This document shows, piece by piece, positions 53,779 to 64,000 of a stretch of DNA of 64,000 bases. The notes under the pieces are model-generated. The model saw only the letters and a program-made list of their open reading frames with translations, made no database searches and was not told the DNA's origin. Source of the stretch: Bradymonadia bacterium (GTDB taxonomy: Bacteria > Myxococcota_A > Bradymonadia > UBA7976 > UBA1532). Where the stretch lies: assembly GCA_046290225.1 (NCBI GenBank), contig JBKAGE010000036.1:256001-320000 (forward strand), in the 5' to 3' direction. Each line of letters starts with the position of its first letter. Positions within the stretch are counted from its first letter, which is position 1. The translations under genes and the position numbers were made by a program.

Positions 53779-54879
53779 TCAAAAGATGGTACGTCGCAAT
53801 CTGATGTTGAGCAGCAGGCCAAAGGCGGCCATCACCGTCAACACAGAAGAGCCGCCATAGCTCATCAGCGGCAGCGTCACCCCGGTCACTGGCAAGATGT
53901 TGAGCACCATACCCACGTTCATGAACACCTGCCAGAACAGCAGCGCCGCCACCCCCACCGCCACGTGACCCCCGAACTTCTCCCGAGCCTGAACGGCGAT
54001 GCGCAGGGCCCACAAGATGATGGCCATGTACAGCAACAACACCCCAGCGGCGCCGATGAAGCCCTGCTCTTCGGCGAAGTTGGCGAAGACGAAGTCGGTG
54101 TGGTTCTCGGGGAGGAAGCCCCCGGAGACCTGCGTGCCCTGACCGTGCCCCTTGCCGAAAAACTGACCGCTGCCCACGGCCACTCGAGCCTGGAAAGCGT
54201 GCCAGCCAGATCCGAGGGTGTCGGTCTTGCCGTCGAGCAAGGTGAGGATGCGATCTTTCTGGTAGTCCCGGAGCACGAACATCCACATCAGAGGCATCGC
54301 CGCGATGCCTGCACCGATGAGGCTCATGAGGGCTCGACGATCGAAGCGCTCGAAGGCCAGCATCGACATCCCGATGAACATGATCATCAGCGTGTGGCCG
54401 AGATCAGGCTCCTGTAGAATCAGGAACATGGGCATGCCGAGCAGGGCTGCGGCGGGTACGAGATCCCGCAGGCTGTACCCCCCAGGGCGCCGTACCTTGT
54501 TGAACCATGTGGCCAACATCAAGATGACTGCCAGCTTCGCAAGCTCGGAGGGCTGGAAGCTGGTGCCACCGAAGTCGAACCACCGCCGCGATCCGTTCAC
54601 CTCCTTGCCCACGACGAGCACCAGGGCGAGCAGGACGACGACGCAGGTGTAGAAGATGGGGGCGTAGCGCTGCAGGCTGCGGTAGTTGATGGCCGCCACC
54701 ACGGCCATCACCCCAGTGCCGATGAGCAGGAAGTACACCTGCTTCATGTAGATCTGACTGTTCGCTGCCGCAGAGGTGCTCTGCAGGTTGATTACGCCGA
54801 TGCTGGCGAGCAGGGCCACCATGCCCAGCAACGCCCAGTCGATCCGCCCGATGGCGGACTGTTGTCTTGAGACTGCCAC
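53779..54879 (-). CDS. rodA: Rod shape-determining SEDS protein RodA
   Basis: GSRRW, FQPSELAK, EPDLG, AVGSG...GKG, PENHTDFVF, PVTGVTLPLMSYGGSS; start approximate. Confidence 0.95.
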   Translation of the reverse strand: MAVSRQQSAIGRIDWALLGMVALLASIGVINLQSTSAAANSQIYMKQVYFLLIGTGVMAVVAAINYRSLQRYAPIFYTCVVVLLALVLVVGKEVNGSRRWFDFGGTSFQPSELAKLAVILMLATWFNKVRRPGGYSLRDLVPAAALLGMPMFLILQEPDLGHTLMIMFIGMSMLAFERFDRRALMSLIGAGIAAMPLMWMFVLRDYQKDRILTLLDGKTDTLGSGWHAFQARVAVGSGQFFGKGHGQGTQVSGGFLPENHTDFVFANFAEEQGFIGAAGVLLLYMAIILWALRIAVQAREKFGGHVAVGVAALLFWQVFMNVGMVLNILPVTGVTLPLMSYGGSSVLTVMAAFGLLLNIRLRRTIF

Positions 54880-54886
54880 CTCGAAC

Positions 54887-56821
54887 TCACTGCACGGTGG
54901 GGCCGGCGGCCTCACCCTCACCTTCGTCCACGTCATTGCTCACGTGGGCGGTGAAGATGGGCTCGATGCGCTCGTGATACGCCTGCACAATCTTGGAGAA
55001 CAGTGGGGCGGCGTCCTTGCCACCGCTGCCGCCGTGCTCCAGGAACACCACCACGGCAATTTTCGGGTTCTCTGCAGGGGCGTAGCCAGCGAACCAGGCA
55101 TGGTTGCGATCGCGGAACCGCTTCACTTTCTGGCGGTTTCCGTGACGGATGATCTTGCGCACCTGGGCGGTGCCTGTCTTGCCGGCAACTGGACCGTAGG
55201 GGACCTGGGCGAGATGGGCGGTGCCTCGCTCTTCGTCCATGATGGCTTGCTGCAAGGCCACCTGGATCGCATGCAGGTGCGCTTCGCTGGCCTGCAGGTT
55301 GCCGATGACCGTGGGCTCGTACCGACTCACCACCTTGCCATCACGGGTCTGAATGCGATCGACGATGCGGGGGGCGAACAGGCTACCCCCGTTGGCGAGA
55401 GCAGCGTAGGCCATGGCCATCTGCAGCGGGCTGGTGCGTACATCGCCCTGGCCCACTGCGGTAGAAAGCGCCAGACCATACTGGTAGCCGCCGTCGGTGT
55501 GCTCTTCGTGCCACTGCTTGGTGGGCACCAGCCCCGGGGATTCGCCGTTGATGCGCAGCGTGGTGCGCTTCCCGAAGCCAAAGCGCTTGGCATAAATCGA
55601 CAACGTGTCGATCTGCAGCACCTCACCGAGCTTGTAGAAATACACGTCTGCCGAGGCGGCCATGGCCTGGGCGAGGTTGATCACCCCGTGGCCAGAGAGC
55701 TTGTGGCAGTGAAAGATGCGGTTACCGAACTCGTACTTACCGGGGCTGTCGATCTCGGTCTCGGGGGTGATGATGCCTTCCTGCAGCGCAGCGAGGGCGG
55801 TGACCACCTTGTAGACAGATCCAGGGAAGTACGAGTGCACGCTCTTGTCGAGCATGGGGTTGAAGGGGTTCTCGTCGATGGCCCGCTTCACCTCACGGCT
55901 GAGGCGCCCTGACCACTGGTTCGGATCGAAGCCGGGCTTCGACACGATGCCCTTCACGGTGCCATCGTGTATGTCCACCACCACGGCGGCGCCTGAGTCA
56001 TAACGCGCGAGGGTGGACTCGAGCAGCTTCTGCACGTCTTTGTCGATGGTGAGCACGAGATCGAACCCCGGCTCAGGGTTCTTGATGATGTCGGTCTCCA
56101 CCCGCTTGAGCACGCTCTGGTCGACCTCTTTGCTCCCTCGGGCGTCGACGACGTGACGCCAGAACCCGTCACGGCCGGCGAGGATCTCGTCGTACCGCCG
56201 CTCGAGGCCGGACCGACCGATCATCGAGTCGGCCTCAATGCCCCGATCGGCCATGGCTCGGAGCTCTCGGGCGTTGGGCTTGCCCAGGTAGCCCAGCAGG
56301 TGAGCGCCGCTCTCTTTCTCGGGGTAGGTACGCTGATGGTGCACCTGCACCTCGAGGCCGTCGATGCGAGCCCGCAGCGCCTCGAGGCGTGCCACGCGGG
56401 TGCGATCGATGTCCCGCTTCACCCGAAACCCCTTGTGTCGCCAGATGCCCCGAGGGTGCTCGATGCGCTCCCTCAGCCGCTCCTGATCCAGGGCGTCGAG
56501 GCCGAGCACGTCACCGAGGCCCTTGAGCAGCGCGTCGATGTCGGTCACCTGAGCGGGCGTCACATAGAGATCGAAAGAGGGCCGATCATAGGCAAGCACA
56601 TTGCCGTTGATGTCGTAGATCGAGCCACGGCTCGCGGGCCGATTCTCTTTGCGCATGAAGTTGCGCTCGGCCACCTCTCGGAGCTCATCGCCCTTGACGA
56701 TCTGCAAATCGACGAGTCGGAGGATGAAGATGGAGAACACCCCGAGCACCGCCAGGACCAGGCGCCGCGCCCGCTGCCGATAACCGGCGGCGGAGGAGTC
56801 GAGGTAGACGTCGTTCTCCAC
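54887..56821 (-). CDS. mrdA: Penicillin-binding protein 2
   Basis: RG.IYD.NG, PGSVYK (SxxK), SADVYFY, KTGTAQV, HAWF.GYAP; start approximate (ORF to 56887). Confidence 0.95.
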   Translation of the reverse strand: MENDVYLDSSAAGYRQRARRLVLAVLGVFSIFILRLVDLQIVKGDELREVAERNFMRKENRPASRGSIYDINGNVLAYDRPSFDLYVTPAQVTDIDALLKGLGDVLGLDALDQERLRERIEHPRGIWRHKGFRVKRDIDRTRVARLEALRARIDGLEVQVHHQRTYPEKESGAHLLGYLGKPNARELRAMADRGIEADSMIGRSGLERRYDEILAGRDGFWRHVVDARGSKEVDQSVLKRVETDIIKNPEPGFDLVLTIDKDVQKLLESTLARYDSGAAVVVDIHDGTVKGIVSKPGFDPNQWSGRLSREVKRAIDENPFNPMLDKSVHSYFPGSVYKVVTALAALQEGIITPETEIDSPGKYEFGNRIFHCHKLSGHGVINLAQAMAASADVYFYKLGEVLQIDTLSIYAKRFGFGKRTTLRINGESPGLVPTKQWHEEHTDGGYQYGLALSTAVGQGDVRTSPLQMAMAYAALANGGSLFAPRIVDRIQTRDGKVVSRYEPTVIGNLQASEAHLHAIQVALQQAIMDEERGTAHLAQVPYGPVAGKTGTAQVRKIIRHGNRQKVKRFRDRNHAWFAGYAPAENPKIAVVVFLEHGGSGGKDAAPLFSKIVQAYHERIEPIFTAHVSNDVDEGEGEAAGPTVQ

Positions 56822-56920
56822 AACCTGCTCCCCAGCCTTCGAGGGCTGTTCGCAGTGAGGGCCGAGATCGAAGATCCCAGGGCTCAAAGACGCGAAAGGC
56901 TAGCAGAACGCCCCTGACCC

Positions 56921-56942
56921 CACAAGACGGGGCCATCTTGTG
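56921..56942. promoter_or_regulatory. Imperfect palindrome CACAAGACGG-GG-CCATCTTGTG between divergent mrdA and thiolase
   Basis: 10-bp arms with 9/10 complementarity. Confidence 0.35.
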
Positions 56943-57073
56943 CAGCACGGTCATGACCCTCGAGGAATCCTCCCCGTCAGGGCCGGAATCCGTTATCTTG
57001 GCCGCCCCCAAGAGGGCCACCCTCCCCCCTCGGGACCAACTTCTAACCCCCCTCGCGACACGGGAGCCTCATC

Positions 57074-58327
57074 ATGTCCTTGCGTCGGCGCGCCTTCGTC
57101 CTCGGAGGCCACATCACCCCCTTCATCGGCAAGCACCACCCCGACTTCATCTGGAAGCGCCATCCTGACTTCGGCACGCGGGAGAACCCCACCCTCGAGG
57201 ACTACATCCTCAAGGCGGTGACCGGCGCCCTCGAGTCCACGGGCACCCCGGCGAGCGCCATCGAGAAGGGTTGGATCGGCAACTTCTGTGGTGAGCTGTT
57301 CAGCAACCAGGGCCACTTGGGGCCTGCCGTGGCCGGTGCCCACCCCGACTTGCTGTTCAAGCCCTTCATGCGCGTCGAAGGGGCCTGCGCCTCCGGCGGT
57401 CTGGCCTTTGTGAGCGCTCTGGAGTCGATCCAGGCCGGGACCGATGTCACCCTGGTGGTGGGCGCCGAGGTTCAGACCACCGTCTCCGCCCGTGAGGGTG
57501 GCGACTTCCTCGCTCGGGCCTCTCACTACCGGCGCCAGCGCCCCATCGACGACTTCACCTTCCCCGCCATGTTCGCCAACCGGAACATGCACTATCAGCA
57601 GGCCACCGATCTCACCGCCGCCGATCTGGCCAAGGTGAGCGCCAAGGCCTACGCCAACGCCAACAAGAATCCCCTGGCCCACATGCGGGCGGTCACCATG
57701 ACCGAGACCGACATCCTCGAGGGCAAGAACCCGCAGTTCCTGAGCAACGAGGCCCTCAAGCCCTACCTGCACATGAGCGACTGCTCTCAGGTCTCCGATG
57801 GTGGCGCCGCCATGATCGTCGTGAGCGAGGAGGGACTGGCCAAGCTGGGCAAGACCCCCGCCGACGCCATCGAGGTCCTCTCCATAGGCCACGCCACGGG
57901 CAACCTCTTCGTCGACGCCGATCCGCTCCGTCTGCTCACCACCGAGGCCGCCGTGTCCAAGGCATATGAGGGCGCTGGCCTGAAGGCCGAGGATGTCCAG
58001 ATCGCCGAGGTCCACGACTGCTTCACCATCACCGAGGTGCTGATGTACGAGGCCATCGGCCTTGCAGCCCACGGCAAAGGCGCCCACTTGATCCGGGAGG
58101 GGCACACCAACCTCGAAGGCAAGATCCCCGTGAACACCGGCGGCGGCCTGGTGGGCTACGGTCACCCCGTGGGGGCCACAGGCATCAAGCAGGTGCTGGA
58201 GATCTTCCGCCAGATGAAGGGGCAGTGCGGCGACTATCAGGTGTCCAGCACTCCTGAGGTGGGCCTGTGCGCCAACATGGGCGGCGACGACAAGACCGCC
58301 GTGGTCACCGTGCTGGCCAACCGCTGA
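57074..58327 (+). CDS. Thiolase, SCP2-thiolase (HDCF) subfamily
   Basis: EGACASGG, SDGG, EVHDCF, VNTGGGL...GHPVGATG, NMGGDD. Confidence 0.92.
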   Translation: MSLRRRAFVLGGHITPFIGKHHPDFIWKRHPDFGTRENPTLEDYILKAVTGALESTGTPASAIEKGWIGNFCGELFSNQGHLGPAVAGAHPDLLFKPFMRVEGACASGGLAFVSALESIQAGTDVTLVVGAEVQTTVSAREGGDFLARASHYRRQRPIDDFTFPAMFANRNMHYQQATDLTAADLAKVSAKAYANANKNPLAHMRAVTMTETDILEGKNPQFLSNEALKPYLHMSDCSQVSDGGAAMIVVSEEGLAKLGKTPADAIEVLSIGHATGNLFVDADPLRLLTTEAAVSKAYEGAGLKAEDVQIAEVHDCFTITEVLMYEAIGLAAHGKGAHLIREGHTNLEGKIPVNTGGGLVGYGHPVGATGIKQVLEIFRQMKGQCGDYQVSSTPEVGLCANMGGDDKTAVVTVLANR

Positions 58328-58330
58328 AGC

Positions 58331-58358
58331 TGATGGTGGGCTCGACGGCCCACCATCA
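58331..58358. terminator. Hairpin between convergent thiolase and mreD
   Basis: TGATGGTGGGC-TCGACG-GCCCACCATCA perfect 11-bp stem; no U-tract. Confidence 0.5.
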
Positions 58359-58865
58359 ACTCAACAGATCGTTCTCCACACGGCGCACCGCCAGCGACTG
58401 CACCCAATTGAAGATGGGGAACAAAATCGGCACGCAGATCAGCACCAGGGTGATGCGGGGGATCAACAATGCCCCCACCCTGGCGTTGAGGGCCGTATCT
58501 CCGAGGAACACCCTGCTGATCAGGGCCATGCACAACAGGCTGGCCAGCCCCCCGAGCCCTCCGAGCATCAGTCGCCCGAAGAATCCGCGAAAGGCCACCC
58601 GCTCGGCGAGCCCGCGGGCGAGGTAGTAGATCAACAAGCCATGGAGCATGTGCAGCCCCGCCGGGGCCGTGGTGATGCCGTCTTTGAGCAGCCCCACCAG
58701 CGTCGTGGTGAGTGGCCCCGAAGGCCCCTGGCGGGTGCTGCCCAGCCACAGGATCAACACCGTGGTGGTCTCCGGTGCCCAGGCATCGAGGGCCCAGGCC
58801 TCGCGGCAAAACAGATCGAAAGACAGGGTGACGAGACCCAGCAACAGGGCCACAAAGGCGCTCAT
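58356..58865 (-). CDS. mreD: Rod shape-determining protein MreD
   Basis: Hydrophobic, 169 aa, GLLKD...PAGLH; overlaps mreC stop. Confidence 0.8.
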   Translation of the reverse strand: MSAFVALLLGLVTLSFDLFCREAWALDAWAPETTTVLILWLGSTRQGPSGPLTTTLVGLLKDGITTAPAGLHMLHGLLIYYLARGLAERVAFRGFFGRLMLGGLGGLASLLCMALISRVFLGDTALNARVGALLIPRITLVLICVPILFPIFNWVQSLAVRRVENDLLS

Positions 58866-59758
58866 GGGCTGTCCTCTTCGGGCTCTGGCGGGGCCAGCTC
58901 CGACCCGTCGGGGGTGAGCCCCGTGGGACCGAGCACTACGAAGACCTCGTCGAGATCGCTCAGATCGACCATGGGCCGGGCCACTGCTTCTTGGAACATG
59001 CCGTGGCGGGTGCGGTTGACGTCGGCCACCTCACCGACCACCAGCCCACGTGGGTAACGGCCATCGTCGCCGGTGGTGACCACCCGCTCGCCGTGTACGG
59101 TCTCGATGTTGCGCTCGAGGTACTCCAGGCGCGCGGCATATCGGTCAGCCTCACCGGTGCCCACAGCGATGCCTCGGGCCTTGCTCTTCTCGAGCACCAC
59201 GTCGATGGCGCTGCGGGGATCGGTGACCAGCATCACCTCGGCGCGATCGCCGTTGACCGTGCGCACCTGCCCCACCACACCGCCTTCGGCGATGACCGGC
59301 ATGCCCTCTTCGATGTCGACCCCCTCACCGCTCACGTCGAGGGTGATGCGGATCACGCGGAAGTAGGCGCTCGTCGTGCGAGAGACCACCCGGGCTGCTC
59401 TCAAACGCAGATCTTTTCGGCGATCACCGAGCTGGAGCAGCCCACGCAAGCGCTCGTTCTCTGCACGCAGCTCGTCCACCTCGGCGAGTGTGGAGCGCAA
59501 ACGCTTCAGCTCGCTCTTCAGTGCCTCGTGCTCTTCGCGCAGATCGAGCACGGCCACGTAGCCATCCCACCAGCCGCGAATGCCGGAAGCCGCCTGAACC
59601 ACGGCGTCATGGAGCGGAGAGACCACCACTGAGAGCACCCGGCCCACGGGGCCTGGCGATCTGCCCTGACGATCGAGCTGCAGCAACAGAATGGCAGAGA
59701 GGATGAGGCCGATGCCGAGGAGCACACCGGCGAGAGGAGAGCGCTGTCGAGTTCTCAC
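58862..59758 (-). CDS. mreC: Rod shape-determining protein MreC
   Basis: TM + coiled coil ENERLRGLL, GMPV..GVVGQV, VVTTG..G.YPRGL.VG. Confidence 0.93.
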   Translation of the reverse strand: MRTRQRSPLAGVLLGIGLILSAILLLQLDRQGRSPGPVGRVLSVVVSPLHDAVVQAASGIRGWWDGYVAVLDLREEHEALKSELKRLRSTLAEVDELRAENERLRGLLQLGDRRKDLRLRAARVVSRTTSAYFRVIRITLDVSGEGVDIEEGMPVIAEGGVVGQVRTVNGDRAEVMLVTDPRSAIDVVLEKSKARGIAVGTGEADRYAARLEYLERNIETVHGERVVTTGDDGRYPRGLVVGEVADVNRTRHGMFQEAVARPMVDLSDLDEVFVVLGPTGLTPDGSELAPPEPEEDSP

Positions 59759-59782
59759 GATCGATTTGAGTGGCCGTCGAGA

Positions 59783-60940
<1,158 letters not shown>

Positions 60941-60967
60941 TCAACGAGCCAGAGCCCGGATCACGTT

Positions 60968-62788
60968 ATGCTGACCAATATGCGAGAGAAGTCTCAGAAC
61001 TTCGGCATCTATTTCCTGTTCGCCATATTGATCTTCGTGTTCATTTTCCTGTTCGGCCCTCAAAGCGAAGGCTGTCAGGGCTCCTCTGCTGTACAGGCCC
61101 GCGTGGGCTGGGCCGCCACGGTGGCCAACGCTGAGCTGACCCAGGAAGAAGTCGAAGTTCAGCTCAAGCGAAAGTATCGCAACCTGAGCGATCTCTCCGC
61201 CGCCGATCTCGCCCAGCTGCGCCGCGAGGTGCTGATGCAGCTGATCGACGTCACCCGCATGGCTCAGAAAGCTCAGTCCATGGGCCTGGCCATCGACAAG
61301 GAGACGATCACCAACTTCATCGTCAGCAAGGACAACCCCGACTTCTTCGCCTTCGCCATCAAGGTGGGCACGGGGAACACCAAGGACGACTTCCGGTTCG
61401 ACGTCGACACCTACCGCTCTGTGGTGCGCCAAGTCTTCGGCATCAACGACGAGGAGTACCGCCGCATCATCGAGCAGGAGCTGCTCGTACAGCGCTACAT
61501 GGAGTTCCTCACCGAGCAGGTGCAGGTGAGCAAGGCCGAGGCCCAGGAGGCCTACGAGCGCCGCGAGCGCAAGTGGAACCTCGAGTTCGTCACCTTCGAC
61601 GCCGCCAAGGTCACCGAGCTGACCCCGGCCACCCCCGAAGAGGGTGCAGCCTACGCCAAGGCCAACGCCGACGAGATCTCGAAGTACTACGAGGACAACA
61701 AGGGCGTCTACGTGCACGATAAAGAGGTGAAGGTCCGCCGGATCCTCCTGAAGCTGCCCAAGGGGGCCGACGACGCCAAGAAGGCCGAGCTGAAGAAGAA
61801 GGCTGAAGAGATCCTCGCCGAGGCAAAGGCCGAGGGCGCCGACTTCGAGGCCATCGCCCGGGAGAAGTCCGAGGGCTACTACAAGAACTTCGGTGGCGAC
61901 ATGGGCTGGCGCAGCTCCGACAACTCCCCTGCCGAGGACTACAAGGTCTACGCCGGCCTCGAGAAGGGTCAGATCTCCGCCGTGAGCGAGAACGCCTCCG
62001 GCTTCTGGATCGTGAAGGCCGACGACGTCAAGCCCGCCATCGACCGCAAGCTCGACGCCGTGCGCGATGAGATCGGTCAGATCCTCGCCTCGAAGACCAA
62101 GCGCCGCACCCAGGCCAAGGCCGACGCTGAGGCCCTCCTGGCCAAGGTCAAGGGTGGCAATGTGACCCTCGCCGAGCTCGCCAAGCCCGCCGAGGAAGCC
62201 ACCCCCGAGATGCCCAAGCCGGAAATGCCCAAGCCCGAGATGCCCAAGCCCGAAAAAGAGGGCGACACCCCGGCGATGCCCAAGCCTGAGACCGCTCAGA
62301 ACACGCCCAAGAAGCCGGCCTTCAAGGTGCAGGAGACGGGCATGTTCAACGACGATCGCCCCAACTGGGAGATCATCCCCAAGATGGGCAAGGTGCCCGA
62401 GCTCGCCGGCGTGCTCAACAGCCTCACCAAGGAGAAGCCCCAACCTGGCCAGCTCTTCGAGGCCAACGACCGCTTCTTCGTCGTGCGGCTCAAAGATGCT
62501 CAGGATCCCAACATGGAGCTCTTCGAGAAAGAGGCCGACGATCTCACCAACCGCCTGCGGCGCCAGCGTCAGGGGCAGCTCGTGGGTCAGTGGCGGGGTT
62601 ACCTCTTCGGTCAGGCCCAGTACCGCGACTTTGTCAAGCAGCGTGGCCTCGGCCTCCTGGCCCTGGCGCTGCCCGAGGTCGAGAAGGACAGCAGCATCAA
62701 GGTGAACACTCAGGCCTTCCCTGGTCCGCCTGCTCCTCCTGCGGCCCCCGGCACCGATGCCAAGGCCAACCCCACCAAGGGTGGCTGA
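60968..62788 (+). CDS. PpiD/SurA-like periplasmic peptidyl-prolyl isomerase/chaperone
   Basis: MLTNMREK + N-terminal TM; SurA_N-like region; parvulin-like RRILLK...DFEAIAREKSE...GGDMGW. Confidence 0.85.
   Translation: MLTNMREKSQNFGIYFLFAILIFVFIFLFGPQSEGCQGSSAVQARVGWAATVANAELTQEEVEVQLKRKYRNLSDLSAADLAQLRREVLMQLIDVTRMAQKAQSMGLAIDKETITNFIVSKDNPDFFAFAIKVGTGNTKDDFRFDVDTYRSVVRQVFGINDEEYRRIIEQELLVQRYMEFLTEQVQVSKAEAQEAYERRERKWNLEFVTFDAAKVTELTPATPEEGAAYAKANADEISKYYEDNKGVYVHDKEVKVRRILLKLPKGADDAKKAELKKKAEEILAEAKAEGADFEAIAREKSEGYYKNFGGDMGWRSSDNSPAEDYKVYAGLEKGQISAVSENASGFWIVKADDVKPAIDRKLDAVRDEIGQILASKTKRRTQAKADAEALLAKVKGGNVTLAELAKPAEEATPEMPKPEMPKPEMPKPEKEGDTPAMPKPETAQNTPKKPAFKVQETGMFNDDRPNWEIIPKMGKVPELAGVLNSLTKEKPQPGQLFEANDRFFVVRLKDAQDPNMELFEKEADDLTNRLRRQRQGQLVGQWRGYLFGQAQYRDFVKQRGLGLLALALPEVEKDSSIKVNTQAFPGPPAPPAAPGTDAKANPTKGG
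62204..62290 (+). repeat. Coding 15-bp repeat (PEMPK x3, plus PAMPK)
   Basis: CCCGAGATGCCCAAG units. Confidence 0.8.
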
Positions 62789-62826
62789 GCCATCATCGGC
62801 CTGACGATTCCAGGCCAGCACGCATG

Positions 62827-62855
62827 AAAAAGGCGCCCCTTGGGGCGCCTTTTTT
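62827..62855. terminator. Bidirectional rho-independent terminator
   Basis: AAAAAGGCGCCCC-TT-GGGGCGCCTTTTTT between convergent genes. Confidence 0.9.
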
Positions 62856-62875
62856 GTTGGGCTCTTATGTGTATG

Positions 62876-62918
62876 GGCCCCTGTCTGGCCCCCCTATCTG
62901 GCCCCCCCTGTCTGGCCC
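62876..62918. repeat. Three short direct repeats GG-Cn-T(G/A)TCT with C-runs of 4, 6 and 7
   Basis: GGCCCCTGTCT GGCCCCCCTATCT GGCCCCCCCTGTCT GGCCC. Confidence 0.7.
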
Positions 62919-62928
62919 AGAGTTGAAC

Positions 62929-64000
62929 TCAGCCGACGCGGTTCACACTCAACATCGCGTGTCGCATCTGGTTCAGCTCCACCATGTTGAGTGATCCAGA
63001 GCGCAGGTATGCGCGGCGAATCCCCCCCACCTGCTCGGCGAGCATGATCTCCGACAGCTCGTTGAGTCGCCGGGTCAGCCGCTCAAGTAGATTGCTCACT
63101 CGGCGGTGCTCTCCGTCAGCCTGGGCCCGACCCATGTCTTCCACCCATGACAGCAGCTCCACCCGATCCCGGGCAATGACGAGTGGGCTTTGGGCCATCA
63201 GACGCTGCTGGCCAGGCTGATCGACCGACACGACGATCTCGTGCTCAACCTCACTGGCGCGGCCTTGATCGCTCCAGCTCAACTTTGCAGTGCACACTCG
63301 ATACATGCCAGCGACCCGTCGTGGGATCACCATGGTCATCAAAAACCGCGGTGTGCTCTGATCACCCATGGGGCCCGGATCGAGCATCAGTCGTCGCTCG
63401 GTGTGGCTGACCCGCACCGCACCCAGGAATGCCCTGGTGGGTGCCAGGCGGAACATGTCTCCGGGCTGAACCCCGTGAGGGAAGCTCAGCTCGAGCTTGG
63501 GGTTGAGCACCCGCTGCCCCTGAAGCGCTGGCAAACGCCGTGCAAGTGGAGCACTGAGCTCATTGAGCTCCGTGGCCACCATGAGCGCCCCACCGCCGAG
63601 GTTGGCCAGGCGGTTGAGCAGGCCCAAATCGCTGGACATCGACACCACCAGGACGTCGATGCCGATGTTCGCCTGAGAGAGCTGGGTGGCCGCCCGAGTG
63701 AGTGCTTCGCCCCCTTCGTGGGTCATGCCGCTCACCACGAGGGTGACACGTCGGGCCACAGGTACCCCAGCAAAGGACTTCAGCGCTTCGTAGCCCGCCT
63801 CGAGGCCCTTGGTAATCGTGGGCTGAGGGCTCGACCACGCCATGCCTTCAGGATCCGCATCTACCGTGAGGCTGCGACCCCCTTCGCCGAGGATGACATC
63901 TTCGTCGCCCAGATGCGTGATGAGGCCAGCGATGGCCTGCCCGAGGTGAGCCTTGAGCGGACCATCGGGGTGAGCACACACAGGGATGACGGCCAGGACC
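62929..64000 (-). CDS. VWA-domain protein (YfbK-like), 5' end outside window
   Basis: T.ITKGLEAG, RRVTLVVSG...EG, LLNRLANLGGG, then Ig-like and helical C-terminus. Confidence 0.55.
   Translation of the reverse strand, partial: VLAVIPVCAHPDGPLKAHLGQAIAGLITHLGDEDVILGEGGRSLTVDADPEGMAWSSPQPTITKGLEAGYEALKSFAGVPVARRVTLVVSGMTHEGGEALTRAATQLSQANIGIDVLVVSMSSDLGLLNRLANLGGGALMVATELNELSAPLARRLPALQGQRVLNPKLELSFPHGVQPGDMFRLAPTRAFLGAVRVSHTERRLMLDPGPMGDQSTPRFLMTMVIPRRVAGMYRVCTAKLSWSDQGRASEVEHEIVVSVDQPGQQRLMAQSPLVIARDRVELLSWVEDMGRAQADGEHRRVSNLLERLTRRLNELSEIMLAEQVGGIRRAYLRSGSLNMVELNQMRHAMLSVNRVG

Overview
GC-rich bacterial chromosome segment, probably Myxococcota-like (inferred from Cys-rich lipoproteins, PDAxx linkers, a GKCD motif and the ccsA-hemA-hemC-cobA/hemD arrangement). 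The right third is mostly housekeeping: mreB-mreC-mreD, mrdA-rodA-trxA, ccsA-hemA-hemC-hemD and a PpiD-like chaperone. A thiolase of the trypanosomatid SCP2 type is inserted on the opposite strand inside the cell-shape operon. The left two thirds are accessory cell-envelope genes. (1) Three paralogues of a giant secreted protein family: two full-length genes of about 2600 aa, each with a prenyltransferase/terpene-cyclase-like helical barrel, Cys-paired Ca-binding PKD repeats and an unrecognised Cys-rich helical C-terminal domain, plus a signal-less C-terminal-only copy with its own strong RBS. (2) A Tat Rieske lipoprotein, a monoheme cytochrome-beta-barrel fusion and YceI in one cluster. (3) A likely sigma54-driven TauE / RnfD-like-Sel1 / SGNH / MBOAT cluster. 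(4) A porin with a PHP metallohydrolase, and a diheme cytochrome with a PQQ/GSDH propeller. No rRNA, tRNA, CRISPR array, transposase, integrase or reverse transcriptase was recognised. All family assignments are from motif reading and memory, not database searches.
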